Notes: generated by a model from the letters alone, not told the origin. 64,000 bases of DNA from Balamuthia mandrillaris (GCA_031835245.2 JAVKOQ020000088.1:62001-126000), one strand, 5' to 3'; counted from the stretch's first letter, positions 13,807-23,960 are shown. Numbers and translations are program-made.

Positions 13807-14538
13807 ATGGACTACTCGCAGCAACCACCTCAGCAAGACGCCCAGCCCTTGCTCTACCAGCAACAGCAGCCGCCCCAACAGCAGGGAGGCTATCCCCCTC
13901 AAGCCCCTCCCGCTGGCTTCTACCAGGGTCCCCCCGCCGCTGTCACCATCAACAAACGATTCAACGAGCTGTACGTTTTTTTTTTGACCTTCTCTCTTCC
14001 CCTTTTATTTTTATTTTTTTCTTTTTCAAGAGACTCCAAACCTTTTGATGAAGAAGAGGGCTTTTGTTCTTGTTCCCCCTTCCCCCTTCCTCAGCTCTTT
14101 TTTTTTTTGCATCGACTCATCCGAAAACGTTTTTCATCTTTCCCCCCCCTTTTTTTTTCTTCTTCCTTTCCTTTTGTCCTCTTGGTAGCCCCGAGATGCA
14201 CGTTTGTCAATGGTGCGGAACTCAAGGCGTGACCAACACGGAGAACGTTCCCGGACTCATCACCTATGCCTCTGCTGGCGTGATCTGTCTTGTGGGAGGC
14301 TGGTTGGGCTGCTTCCTCATCCCCTTCTGCATTGACTCCTGCCAGGATGTTGAGGTGCCCCTTTTTTTTATTTTCCGCGTCCTTCCTTCTTTGCTTCTCT
14401 TCGTTCTTCTCTCTCTCTCTTACCCACTTTTCATACAAGCAAAGACTAACGAGTTATTGTTATTCTCTTCTTTGTTTCTTTTTACAGCACTTCTGTCCTT
14501 CCTGCAGGCAGCTTGTCGGCAAGTACCAACGTTTGTAA
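13807..14538 (+). CDS. LITAF: LITAF-like zinc-binding membrane protein (3 exons)
   Basis: Gln/Pro/Tyr-rich N-terminus; CQWC, hydrophobic ...GCFLIPFCIDSCQDVE, then HFCPSCRQLVGKY: the canonical LITAF domain. Confidence 0.9.
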
Positions 14539-14951
14539 AACTCTTCTTCCTACATACCTGCTTGAAAGAAGTTCTCTCTTGATCACCATTCTTCCTGTCC
14601 CTCTCCTCTTCTTTCCCCTCTCTTTCTCTCTGAGAAAGGAAAGCGGAAGGAGGAAGAAGGGTCAGCCAAAGAAACAACAAACAGCCTTGCACCAAAACGC
14701 CTTCTCACCACCACCACAACACTCTTGTGTTTGTCTTAACTTATTATGAAATCCATTCCTCTCTTCTTGCTTCCTCTATCCCGTTAACCTCCCGTAACCC
14801 TCATCGCTTTCTTTTAATCGTTTCGTTTCTTTCGAAGAGGAAGAAGAGCCCGACCTAACTCGACGGCAGTACGGTACACTTCAGTAAGTAGTACTAGAGA
14901 GGTTCGACAGTGTCGCAACCGGCCGTGCTGCAAGAAAGTGGGTTTACTGTC

Positions 14952-15070
14952 GGATACGGCCATACTGCGGAGAAAGCACCGCTTCCCGTCCGATCAGCGA
15001 AGTTAAGCTCCGCCAGGCGATGTTAGTACTGGGGTGGGTGACCACCCGGGAATCCATCGTGCTGTATCCT
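14952..15070 (+). rRNA. 5S rRNA (119 nt)
   Basis: GGATACGGCCATACT...CCGATCAGCGAAGTTAAGC...TTAGTACTGGGGTGGGTGACC...GTGCTGTATCCT; terminal helix GGATAC/GTATCC; A-box AGTTAAGC; followed by a T run. Confidence 0.97.
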
Positions 15071-15081
15071 TTTTTTTTTTT
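15070..15081 (+). terminator. Pol III poly(T) terminator of 5S gene
   Basis: 12 consecutive T at the 5S 3' end. Confidence 0.85.
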
Positions 15082-15273
15082 CGTTTTTCCCTTTATTTGC
15101 TTGCTTTCTAGATAGAGTTCTTTCTACTCACCAAAACAAACCTTTTTCTTTTTCTTTTGTTTCTTCTCCTGTTTCTTCAGTTTGCGATTGTCTCTGCTTA
15201 CAAGTTTGGAGTTATATGAAAAATATTCCAACAGGAACGAAGGCCGAACAGGAAAAATTCTTTGCTCTTTCCT

Positions 15274-15281
15274 TCCCATAA
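15274..15281 (+). promoter_or_regulatory. snRNA upstream element, DUSE-like (TCCCATAA)
   Basis: Matches the Dictyostelium DUSE consensus WCCCAYAA and lies about 60 nt upstream of the inferred U2 start. Confidence 0.6.
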
Positions 15282-15333
15282 CAGCAGTGACGGGAGGGGT
15301 AGACCAAAAGGATCCAGCTAAGCAACACCAGAC

Positions 15334-15542
15334 ACCATCTTCTCGGACCCAACATTGGCTCTGATCAAGTGTAGTATCTGTTCTATCTAGCTTAGTCTCT
15401 AGATGACAGTCCTACGGGACTGTCTCTGATGATTATTATATTTTTAACCTCAGGGAAGGTGTGAGGTTCTTTTGGTTCGCTGGCTCGCCAGCGGAACCGG
15501 CCTCATGCCACGGATCGGCTCTGCATGGCACTCCTGCAGAGT
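15334..15542 (+). ncRNA. U2: U2 spliceosomal snRNA (variant)
   Basis: CTTCTCGG...GATCAAGTGTAGTATCTGTTCT with branch-recognition GTAGTA 15371-15376; stem IIa ATCTAG/CTAGAT with 8-nt loop; stem IIb GACAGTCC-TACG-GGACTGTC; Sm-like ATTTTTA; 3' hairpins ending CTCTGCA-TGGCACTCC-TGCAGAG. Ends approximate. Confidence 0.92.
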
Positions 15543-15799
15543 TTGTTGAAACGGTCCACCTCCTTTTTCTGGTAAAACAAAAGCAACCGTACACTTTGCT
15601 GCTCTGTTTCAGAGAGTAAAAGCCAGGCTCATCTGTACCGAGCAAAGACTGTTGGATCATGTTTCTTTGTATCGGCGGTGGGAATCGTTCCGCCTTTATG
15701 ACAATGGTGCATAAAAGATGGACACGAACAAACTTTGTCCTCTGTTGATCAAGGTCAGTGTTATATAACCAACTTTGCTACATTAAACCCATCACGGTT

Positions 15800-15903
15800 T
15801 TTCTAGCCATTCGCATTGAGAAATGCGCAAACAAGCAGCCTAGACCGCCATACTTGTGGCTGAACCCATTGCCTCCTTGGAATCCATCATGTTGTATCCT
15901 TTA
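15800..15903 (+). pseudogene. Decayed 5S rRNA copy
   Basis: 15879-15900 GGAATCCATCATGTTGTATCCT matches the 5S 3' end at 20/22 and is followed by T; upstream GCCATTCGCATTGAGAAATGC resembles 5S GCCATACTGCGGAGAAAGC; middle diverged. Confidence 0.5.
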
Positions 15904-16044
15904 TTTTGGGTTACTTTGGTGATGCATCTCCACACACTTTGAACACTTGCGTCTCCTTCACCGAGCCATCCATCACCTTGCTGGCTCCACCTGTTCTTTA
16001 ACGTTGGTAATACGCTAAAAGTTTAAGAGGGATATGAGAAACAA

Positions 16045-16085
<41 letters not shown>

Positions 16086-16627
16086 AATAGGAAATGGAGA
16101 AATAGATTAATTATTTCTTTTGCTAGGAGGATACAGGCCGCTCAAATAAATACACAAACATTCTTCCAAAAAAATAAACATAAACGAATGAATGGACTGG
16201 TTTCCTCGGTTGATCTAGAGGCAGAAAGGATGGCTTTCCATGACATCGCCATTGAGGTACGTAGCCATCGGTACCAAAGGGACCACCGCACACGTAAAAG
16301 GCGAGCAATTATAGAGAAAAATCAGTTAGAGACGATAAAAAATAGAAAAGAGAGGGTAACGAACCGAGGAGAAAATGGTCTCCTCCGCAGAAGTACAGTA
16401 GGAGAGGAACGGGCGGTGCTAAAAGCACAAAGAAGCTGCCAGAAGAGAGAAGCTTGTTGCCGATGTTGTCGTCCGCAGTTCCTTCCTAGGACCGGGTCGT
16501 TGAGAGGGAGATCCAACTCTTGCTCAACGAATAGAGGGTAGACGGTGGTCATCTTTTGTGTTGTGCCTCATCTCTGATGAAAGGCGAACACGTACATACA
16601 AGTTAGTTACAACACAAAGAGGAATAC

Positions 16628-18067
16628 TTACCTGATCTGCATGTTCCTCACGCGAATGCTGTTGGTCGAAGAGCTGGAGCACCCATCCTTGCCGGTCAAC
16701 GCCGAGGCCTTGACTGCTCCGTTCTTCTCGGTGGCGGTGGTAGACTTGGCGGGCCACACCTTCCAAAACTTGAGTCGCTCATCCGCACCAGCCGAGACGA
16801 CGGTCTCTCCATCGGGGCTCATGGCCATGTGCAGCACTCGTTGGGTGTGTCCACGGAGCTCGGTAACCTTGACCAACGAAGGATACTTCCAGACCGTCAA
16901 TTGGTTCTCCGAGAAGCCGTGAGACGAGACCAACTCGCGGTGGGTCTTGCTCCAAACCAAGGAACAGACCTGAGAGTGGGTGTCCACTGAGTTCAGCAAG
17001 GTGCCGGTCTTGGTGTTCCAAAACTTGATGCAGCGGTCGGTGGTGCCTCCGCCAGTGGCCAAGAGGTTGTACTGGAAGGGGCACCAGGCCACGGCCTTAA
17101 CGGCAGCCATGTGGTCGTCAAAGGTGAAGCGAGGCTCGTTGGGATTGCCAGTGGAGGAAGAGGAGAAGGGCTCCCAGATGTTGAGCAAGTTGTCATTGCC
17201 TCCGGAAGCCAACTGGCTGCCGTCCTTGCTCCACTGCAAGCCGCAGACCTCCTGAGTGTGTCCTTGCAAGACCGACACGCGGTGTTGAGCCTGACGGACG
17301 TCGCTGTTGAAGATCATGCCAGAGCGAGAGCCAGTGGAGAGGATGCTTTGGTTCCAAGACATAGAGCCAACGCGCGCCTCGTGGCCTCTTAAAGTCCTCA
17401 ACTTGACGCCGTGGTTGACGTCCCAGAGCTGAACCTGAGCGTCCTCCGTGCCAACGGCCAGGGCGTTGCCATCTATAGTCCAGGAGAGGGAGGTGACAAT
17501 GTTGGAGGGGTTCTCCTCGTCAAGGGTCATCAGCTCGGTGATCTCGCTGGTGGTGGCGTTCCAGAGGTAGATAGACTGGCTGAGAGCAATGGCCAGGACG
17601 TTGGTGGAGCTCCAGTCCAAGAGGTTGAGGTAGTAGTTGTCGACCAGGTTGGGGGCGTCCAACACGCGTTCAGGGGCAGAGGGGATGGCTCGTTCCTTGC
17701 GGGAGACGCGAGGGTGCAGCTGAGAGTCCATCTTGTTCTGGCTGTAGAGGATGCGGAGGCGGTTCTCGTAGGTGTCGCTGGGGGCTGGGGCCTTGTGCTT
17801 GAAGGCCAGGACCTTGCTACCACTCATCATGGACTTGGCGGAGGAGCTGTCAAAGAGGGACTTGGCCAGGGACTCCTTGTACAGCTCTTTGGAGGGGCTC
17901 TGTAGGAGAACGTTGGGGTTAGTGTTTTCAGAGGAAGAGGAGGTGAGGTTAAAGTTAGCAATGTCCATGTCCATAGCCTTGCGGCTAGGAATGAACCGAT
18001 CTCCGGGATCGTTTCTGTTCTTCTTGGGGGTAGCAAAGCTCTTCTTGGGAGTGGAGTAGCCCTTCAT
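16628..18067 (-). CDS. CDC20: Cdc20/Fizzy APC/C co-activator (WD40)
   Basis: C-box DRFIPSR, Mad2-binding-like KVLAFKHKAP, LDAP..DNYYLNLLDWS, seven WD40 repeats, C-terminal IR tail; ATG at 18067 (MKGYSTPKK) with TPKK CDK sites. Confidence 0.95.
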   Translation of the reverse strand: MKGYSTPKKSFATPKKNRNDPGDRFIPSRKAMDMDIANFNLTSSSSENTNPNVLLQSPSKELYKESLAKSLFDSSSAKSMMSGSKVLAFKHKAPAPSDTYENRLRILYSQNKMDSQLHPRVSRKERAIPSAPERVLDAPNLVDNYYLNLLDWSSTNVLAIALSQSIYLWNATTSEITELMTLDEENPSNIVTSLSWTIDGNALAVGTEDAQVQLWDVNHGVKLRTLRGHEARVGSMSWNQSILSTGSRSGMIFNSDVRQAQHRVSVLQGHTQEVCGLQWSKDGSQLASGGNDNLLNIWEPFSSSSTGNPNEPRFTFDDHMAAVKAVAWCPFQYNLLATGGGTTDRCIKFWNTKTGTLLNSVDTHSQVCSLVWSKTHRELVSSHGFSENQLTVWKYPSLVKVTELRGHTQRVLHMAMSPDGETVVSAGADERLKFWKVWPAKSTTATEKNGAVKASALTGKDGCSSSSTNSIRVRNMQIR

Positions 18068-18190
18068 CTTTTTTAAAGTGTGTGAGAGAAACTGGTAAAG
18101 TTTTGTTTGTTTGGGGGTAGTTTGTGTGTGCAAAAAGTCTGCAGGTTTTGCAAATAAAACTTGGTCAGCTTTTTATAGTAGTTCCCCTGT

Positions 18191-18228
18191 TGTAACGGTC
18201 GCCAAGAAACCGTTACACTTTTCCCGCC
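18191..18228. promoter_or_regulatory. Myb/MSA-like AACGG inverted pair plus E2F-like site upstream of CDC20
   Basis: TGTAACGGT (18191-18199) and ACCGTTACA (18209-18217) form a perfect inverted repeat; TTTTCCCGCC at 18219-18228. Confidence 0.5.
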
Positions 18229-18722
18229 AATTTTGTCCCTTCACGTCGTCCCGAAAATTTTATGGCATTATTTGCCACATAGTTGGATGCCATGCCACCG
18301 TCCATTTTTGTGGCCTAGTTTTTGTCGACTGCATTACCCATTTCTCGTCGACAAGATGGAAACTTGATAGAAATGTGACGAGCAAAAAGAGAGGTTTGCC
18401 GTTACACTTTCCCTGAGAAAAGGAAGAAAGGCGGTTTAACCTCGTGACTGGAAATGGTTTCTCTGGGGTCTCCCGCTGAAACCCATGGGTTTCCCACGGG
18501 AGCCCACTGCGTCTTATTGCCAGTCGGAGGGCACTTTGTCTGAATATGGTCGAGCTTTCTCTCCCCTCCCTTTCTCCTCTCTCCCTGTTCTGTTCTTTCT
18601 CCTACCGAGCCTTTCCTTTTTGCCTTTTTTTGTTTGGCTGTTGTGCGTTTATTCAAAAACCAGAACTCGAGTGTGACACTCCTCCTTGGGTTTTATTTAT
18701 CATCAAACTTGTAACACCAAAC

Positions 18723-18757
18723 AAACCCAAACCCAAACCCAAACCCAAACCCAAACC
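18723..18757. repeat. (AAACCC)5+ tandem repeat
   Basis: aaacccaaacccaaacccaaacccaaacccaaacc; minus strand (GGGTTT)5. Confidence 0.9.
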
Positions 18758-19043
18758 TCCACACTCAACTGAACAAACAAACACACAGAGAAAGAAAGCT
18801 CTTGCTCCTTTTTTTTTGTTGTTGTTGTTGTTCAAAGCGTGCTACCCATTTTTTTAAAAGTTTTCTTTTTTAAAAAACTCAGTCACTACGTCGTCGTCAA
18901 CTTTGTCTTCATCTTCCCCCTCTTTTCTTCCCTCTTTCCTTTCCTTCCTCTCTCCGGCCACCAAAAAAAGTAGCAGCGACAACAGCAACGCATCCACCAC
19001 CAGCGCACAACCAAACGCCAACACGGCAGAGCCAACCACCAAG

Positions 19044-20168
19044 ATGATGCTGCAGGGCAAGACGGGGGACTGGGGGGAGGGAGAGGTGGAGGAGTGGCTG
19101 AAGAAGAAGAAGAGCGACACGGAGAGGAAGAACGACAAGGAGTGGGAGAAAAGGTACCCTGGCCTCTACGACAATGGCGTCTCCTACCACTACGACCTGG
19201 TGAGGATCCACGACGAGCTCAAGTACATGGACAAAATTGCTGGCAGCAAAGCCCACGTTTATGGAGAGGTTCGTTCGTTCGTTCTTCTTTCTCTCTTTCG
19301 TTCGTTCGTTTTGTCCTTCCTCTACTTTTGTTTTTTTTTTTAAAAAAGAAGATCAGATGAAAGTCTTTTCAAAAAAAGAAGTAGCGAAGAAGGTGAAGAA
19401 AAGTAAACTTACCTTCTTTTTTTCCTCCTCTCTATTGTCTCGTTCGACAGATCACGCCAGGAAGCGTGGACAGGATCATGGCCAAGGTACAGTTAAACTC
19501 CAAGGACATCTTCTACGACCTCGGCTCGGGAGTAGGCAAGGTGGTCATCCAGATAGGCCTGGAGAGCCCGGTGAAGAAGAGCATAGGCCTGGAGCTCAGC
19601 CACACGCGCTACGAGAGGGCTAGAGAGGCGCTCAGCAGGCTCAAGTACCACCCCACAAAGCACTTCTCCAAGAAGGACCTGGCAAAAGTGGACTTTAGGG
19701 AAGAGGACTTTGGGTTGGGGGATTGGAAGGACGCCACCGTGGTCTACATGTGCAATACCTGCTACCCCGTGGAGCTCATCGCCAAAGTGGTGTTTCACCT
19801 GAGGCTCTGTCCGAACATCAGATACGTGCTGGCCTACGAGGTCTGGAACAAGTGGGGCAAAGTAACGAGCATGTTGGAAGACGCGGGCTTTACTCTAGTC
19901 GATCGATTCCGTGTTAGGTTTGTTTTACTTCCATCATGAGAGGGAGGAAAGAAAGAAAGAAGAATACAATAACTAACCTGCACAAAAAACCCAACAAACA
20001 CTTTATAGGACGTCGTGGGATGCTCCGTTTCTGCTTGTGTTCCGCCCAACGGCATCAAGGAAGGAGGCCACTAGACGAGGCAAAGCGGCCAGCGCGGAGC
20101 TGTATTTGGAAGGGGAGGACGAGGAGAAAGATGGTCAATCGAAACCAGCGCCGAGCCAACGAAAGTGA
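19044..20168 (+). CDS. DOT1-like (H3K79-type) SAM methyltransferase, catalytic domain only (3 exons)
   Basis: VYGE|ITPGSV, FYDLGSGVGKVVIQ, SIGLEL, DATVVYMCNTCY, final exon TSW; TGA 20166-20168. Confidence 0.85.
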
Positions 20169-21548
20169 TCACACGCCACAAACGCAAAAGCAGAGCTGGT
20201 CGGGTCGAGGAAAGAGGCTTCTCAGAGAGAGATGCTTGATTCTTTGTTTTCCCTTCTTTTTTTTTTTTGTTTTCATTTTCTTTCTATATTTGTTGTGCAT
20301 ATTTGAACAAAGGTGACGTCATTAATATCGAGGGTTTTTGCAGACACTGAGCACTCCTACCTCCATGTCGTCCTTACCTTTTCTTTTCGGGCATTAATTC
20401 GGTTAAAAACGGCGGTTTCCCAGTTGCGCAACGCACTTTCGGGCAATATAACAAAGGAAACTTCTGCCAGGAGACGTGTCAGCTTTCGTCTTTTTCTTAT
20501 TTCTGCCAGAACCCCTTTTTGGAAGAAGCTTTCCTTCTCCCGCGGCACTTTTTTTTTTCTACTTCCAAGATAGAACCTGGTGTCTCCTCTCTGTCATCCT
20601 TTGTCTCCACTTCCGCATCTTGATCTTCTGTGGGGCACACTACGACACAGGATACCCGATACAAGTATTTGTTTTTTTTTTTTTTTTTTGTAAAAGAAAA
20701 CAGCAACAAAAGCCGAAAAAAGAACTAGAAACACAAAAAGGAAGCACCGCAACATCGATCCTCCGGGACTCCCTACGCTCTGTGTGAATTTTTATTTATT
20801 TATTAGCAATCGAGCTCTGCCTGCTCCTTCCGTTCACCCCTTCTTCTTCTTCTTCTTCATCCAAAAAGAAAAAGAAAGAACGCAAGCAAGCAGCGGCAGC
20901 GACTCCGACCTTGAAACCCTTTGTCAATCTTTTCATTCTTTTTTTTTTTGGAGTTTCGTTTGATTTGTTTTGAATAGTAGTGGTGGTAGTGGCGGCGGTG
21001 GCAAGGAAGACAAGCGCTTTGGTTGACATTGGCGCTCCCCTGCTTGACAAGGACGAGCACCAGCAGCAGCAAAAAAAGAGCAGCGCGCTCCTCCTCCTCC
21101 AACAACAACTTTTTTTTTTCCAATTTGTTAATTTGTACTTTCTTTCAACTTTCTGCGGAGCGCTCCACTCTCGCCCTGGGGGGAAAAATAGCAGTGTAAC
21201 CCAACCCCCCCCCCCCGCCCCCCCTTTTCCTCTCAACCAAACGGATCGGCCGACCACCTCCTCCATTCTATCTATCCGCTTTTCCTCCTGGTCACCTTTC
21301 AAACACTTCAAAAAAAAAAAAACATCCTCTTCTGCTGCTGCTGCTTCTTCTTTCCCCTTTTCTTCTTCTGCTTCCTCCTCTTCCTCTTCGTCGGCTGTGA
21401 ACGAAAGAAGAAGAGAAGCACACATACACACGCAAGAACTCGGATCGGCCACCGCGCAACGCGAACGAACGACTTTAGAGACGACGCAGCGGCCTTGGGT
21501 GAGTCTCGACACGCATGACAACAACAACAAAGCAATAAACACACACAA

Positions 21549-21583
<35 letters not shown>

Positions 21584-21684
21584 GATGCTACCGCCGGCTG
21601 CACACTCCATACCACCACGTACGTTCTTCCCCCACCCCAATCTTTTGGATGAACGAACAAAGAGAAAAAAAAACTCACCGTTCA

Positions 21685-22370
21685 ATGGTTTGCTTCACGG
21701 CAGCACCTGCGAGCGCCATGTTGGGAGATCAACTCAACGGCTACAAGCTCTGTCGCATCCTGGGGACCGGCTCCGATGCCACCGTCTGGCTTGCTCAACG
21801 CTCCTCCCCCGCCTCTTCCTCCTCCAACGAAACACAACACCCACAACCCTGCTGCGCCATCAAAGTGGTCTCCAAGCTCAAAGTAGGTCAGGAGGGGGTC
21901 CTCCGCGTCCGCCTCGAGGCCAAAGTCATGCAACGCCTCAACGGCCATCCGCACATCATTCAGCTCTTTGACTTTGTGGAGACGGAGCGATACCTCTTCC
22001 TCGTCATGGAGCTGGCCGAAGGGATGGACCTCTTCGAGGCCCTCTACAACGAGCACCCCGCCTCGGAGGCCCTGAGGAACGGGGCCACGGAGGCCTCCAT
22101 TCGAAGGGTCTTTCATCAGTTGGGTCTGGCCATTGCTCACTGCACCAGCAAGGGCGTGGCTCACAGGGACCTGAAACCGGAGAACGTCTTTCTGGACAGA
22201 GACTTCAACGTGAAGTTGGGAGACTTTGGACTTTGCACCAGGTTCCGCGCGCAGCAGAGGACCAAGAAAAAGGCCGTTGGCTCCTTGCTTTATGCCCCAC
22301 CGGAGTTGCTGAGGGGTATGCCCTATGTCGGACCTGAGGTTGATGTTTGGTGTCTTGGTGTCATACGTAC

Positions 22371-22403
<33 letters not shown>

Positions 22404-23666
22404 TTCAATGCTGACATGTTCTCTTCTCTTTTGCTTCTATCAGTTTACGAAATGTTTTGCATGCACCCGCCATTCGAAGCAGCCACCGAAAGAGAGTCCA
22501 TCATCAAAGCGTTGAAACTTGACTACAACATCCCCAGTTGGGTTCCATCCACTGCTGCCGACCTCATCACCCGCATGTTGCAACCGACCGAGTCTCGACT
22601 CACCATCGAGCAAGTCTTGTCTCATCCTTGGTTGAATGGTTGGACATCACCGACAACAACCTCGACACCCATCCCAACAATACCAATAACGATGGCGATG
22701 GCGATGACACAACTTTCTCCTCCCTCTTCTCCCTCTTCTTGTCCTTCTTCACCTGCTTCGCCATCTTCGATGGCGGCGAATGGATGCTATACGCCTACAA
22801 CAAAAGGGTATGTGGGCCAACCAATGATAACAGTGGAAGCAGGCAGAGAAGGAATGGAGCAAGTTTATGATGAGGAAGAAGCAGGAGAAGAGGATTTGTT
22901 TCAAATGGAACGAGAGACGGGAGAAACCAACGCTGCAACGAAACAAAGTTCAGAGAAGAAAAAATGCAACAACAAGAAGACTACTAACGGCAGCAATTCC
23001 AATAACAGTGAGAAGAAGAACAAGAAAAAGAAGAGGAGCACAAAACAGCTTCAACAAGACGAAGAAGTAACGAAGAAACAGAAGAAGAAAAGCAACAACA
23101 ACAAACAGTCAAACAAGCAAAAGAGCGGCAAGAAAAAGAACTTGGGCTCCTCCATTAGCAACAAATTCAACGGCTGGAAAAAAAGTTCCTCCTCTACAAC
23201 CTCCTCTTCGAAAAAGCAAGCCACAACGACTTCCTCTTCGACATCGCCTTCTTCATCAACCACAAACCAGGCAACAACGAAGCCAAAAACACATGTAACT
23301 TCTTCCTCTGCAAACGACATTCATTCTTCTGCTTCTCCGTCATCCTCTTCTTCGGTGGCCCCGTCTTTCTTGTATTGGTCATCGGGTGCTCTCCCTTCGT
23401 CCTCCAAACCACTTCCACATCAACCAGAAGAAAACGGCAAAACCAGAAATAACAAGAAGAACAACAACAAGAAACCTCAGCGGACGAGAGAGACAATCTT
23501 GCAACAAATGAGCAGCGAGCAGAGCGTACCGACGGCAGTTGCCGTTCGTCGACGACGAGAGAAGGAGCACCAACACCCTTCTGCAAACAACAAAATGGAG
23601 ACCGTGCCCACGATGACGGAGGCTTCTTGTCGCTGTTGGAACGCTGTTGGAAAGTGCTCTATGTAA
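21685..23666 (+). CDS. CAMK-group (AMPK/MARK-like) Ser/Thr kinase with low-complexity tail
   Basis: LGTGS, AIK, HPHIIQL, HRDLKPEN, DFG, GSLLYAPPE, DVWCLGVI; intron 22367-22443 restores the frame (IL-YEM). Confidence 0.92.
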
Positions 23667-23889
23667 ACTACTCTTCTCCTCTCTTCTCAGCCTCTATTCT
23701 CTGTTATTATTGTACATACATACCCCCACGCTTTTTACATTTGTTATTTTTTGTACAAAAAATACTCCCCAACAACTCATCCGCTCTATAACCGTTGTTT
23801 GTTGGATGCAGCCACAACAACAAACAAGCAACGTGTAAATAAAAAACACAACTTGTACTTTTCTTGACCTGTACATTCGAGCCACCGTT

Positions 23890-23960
23890 TCTCTCTCTTC
23901 TCTCTTCTCTCTTCTCTCTTCTCTCTTCTCTCTTCTCTCTTCTCTCTTCTCTCTTCTCTC
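23890..23960. repeat. CT-rich microsatellite between convergent genes
   Basis: (CTCTT/CT)n tract. Confidence 0.8.

Noticed and set aside
14866..14931. Possible tRNA or hammerhead ribozyme
   Set aside because: No cloverleaf with proper T-arm; the hammerhead CUGANGA and GAAA core is absent.
16624..16634. ATACTTACCTG, identical to the U1 snRNA 5' end
   Set aside because: It is the reverse complement of the splice-donor-like end of CDC20; no U1 stems or Sm site follow.
20796..21684. Long ORFs and N-terminal extension upstream of the kinase
   Set aside because: Low-complexity UTR or intron-like sequence (poly-A, CA repeats); plausible ATG at 21685.
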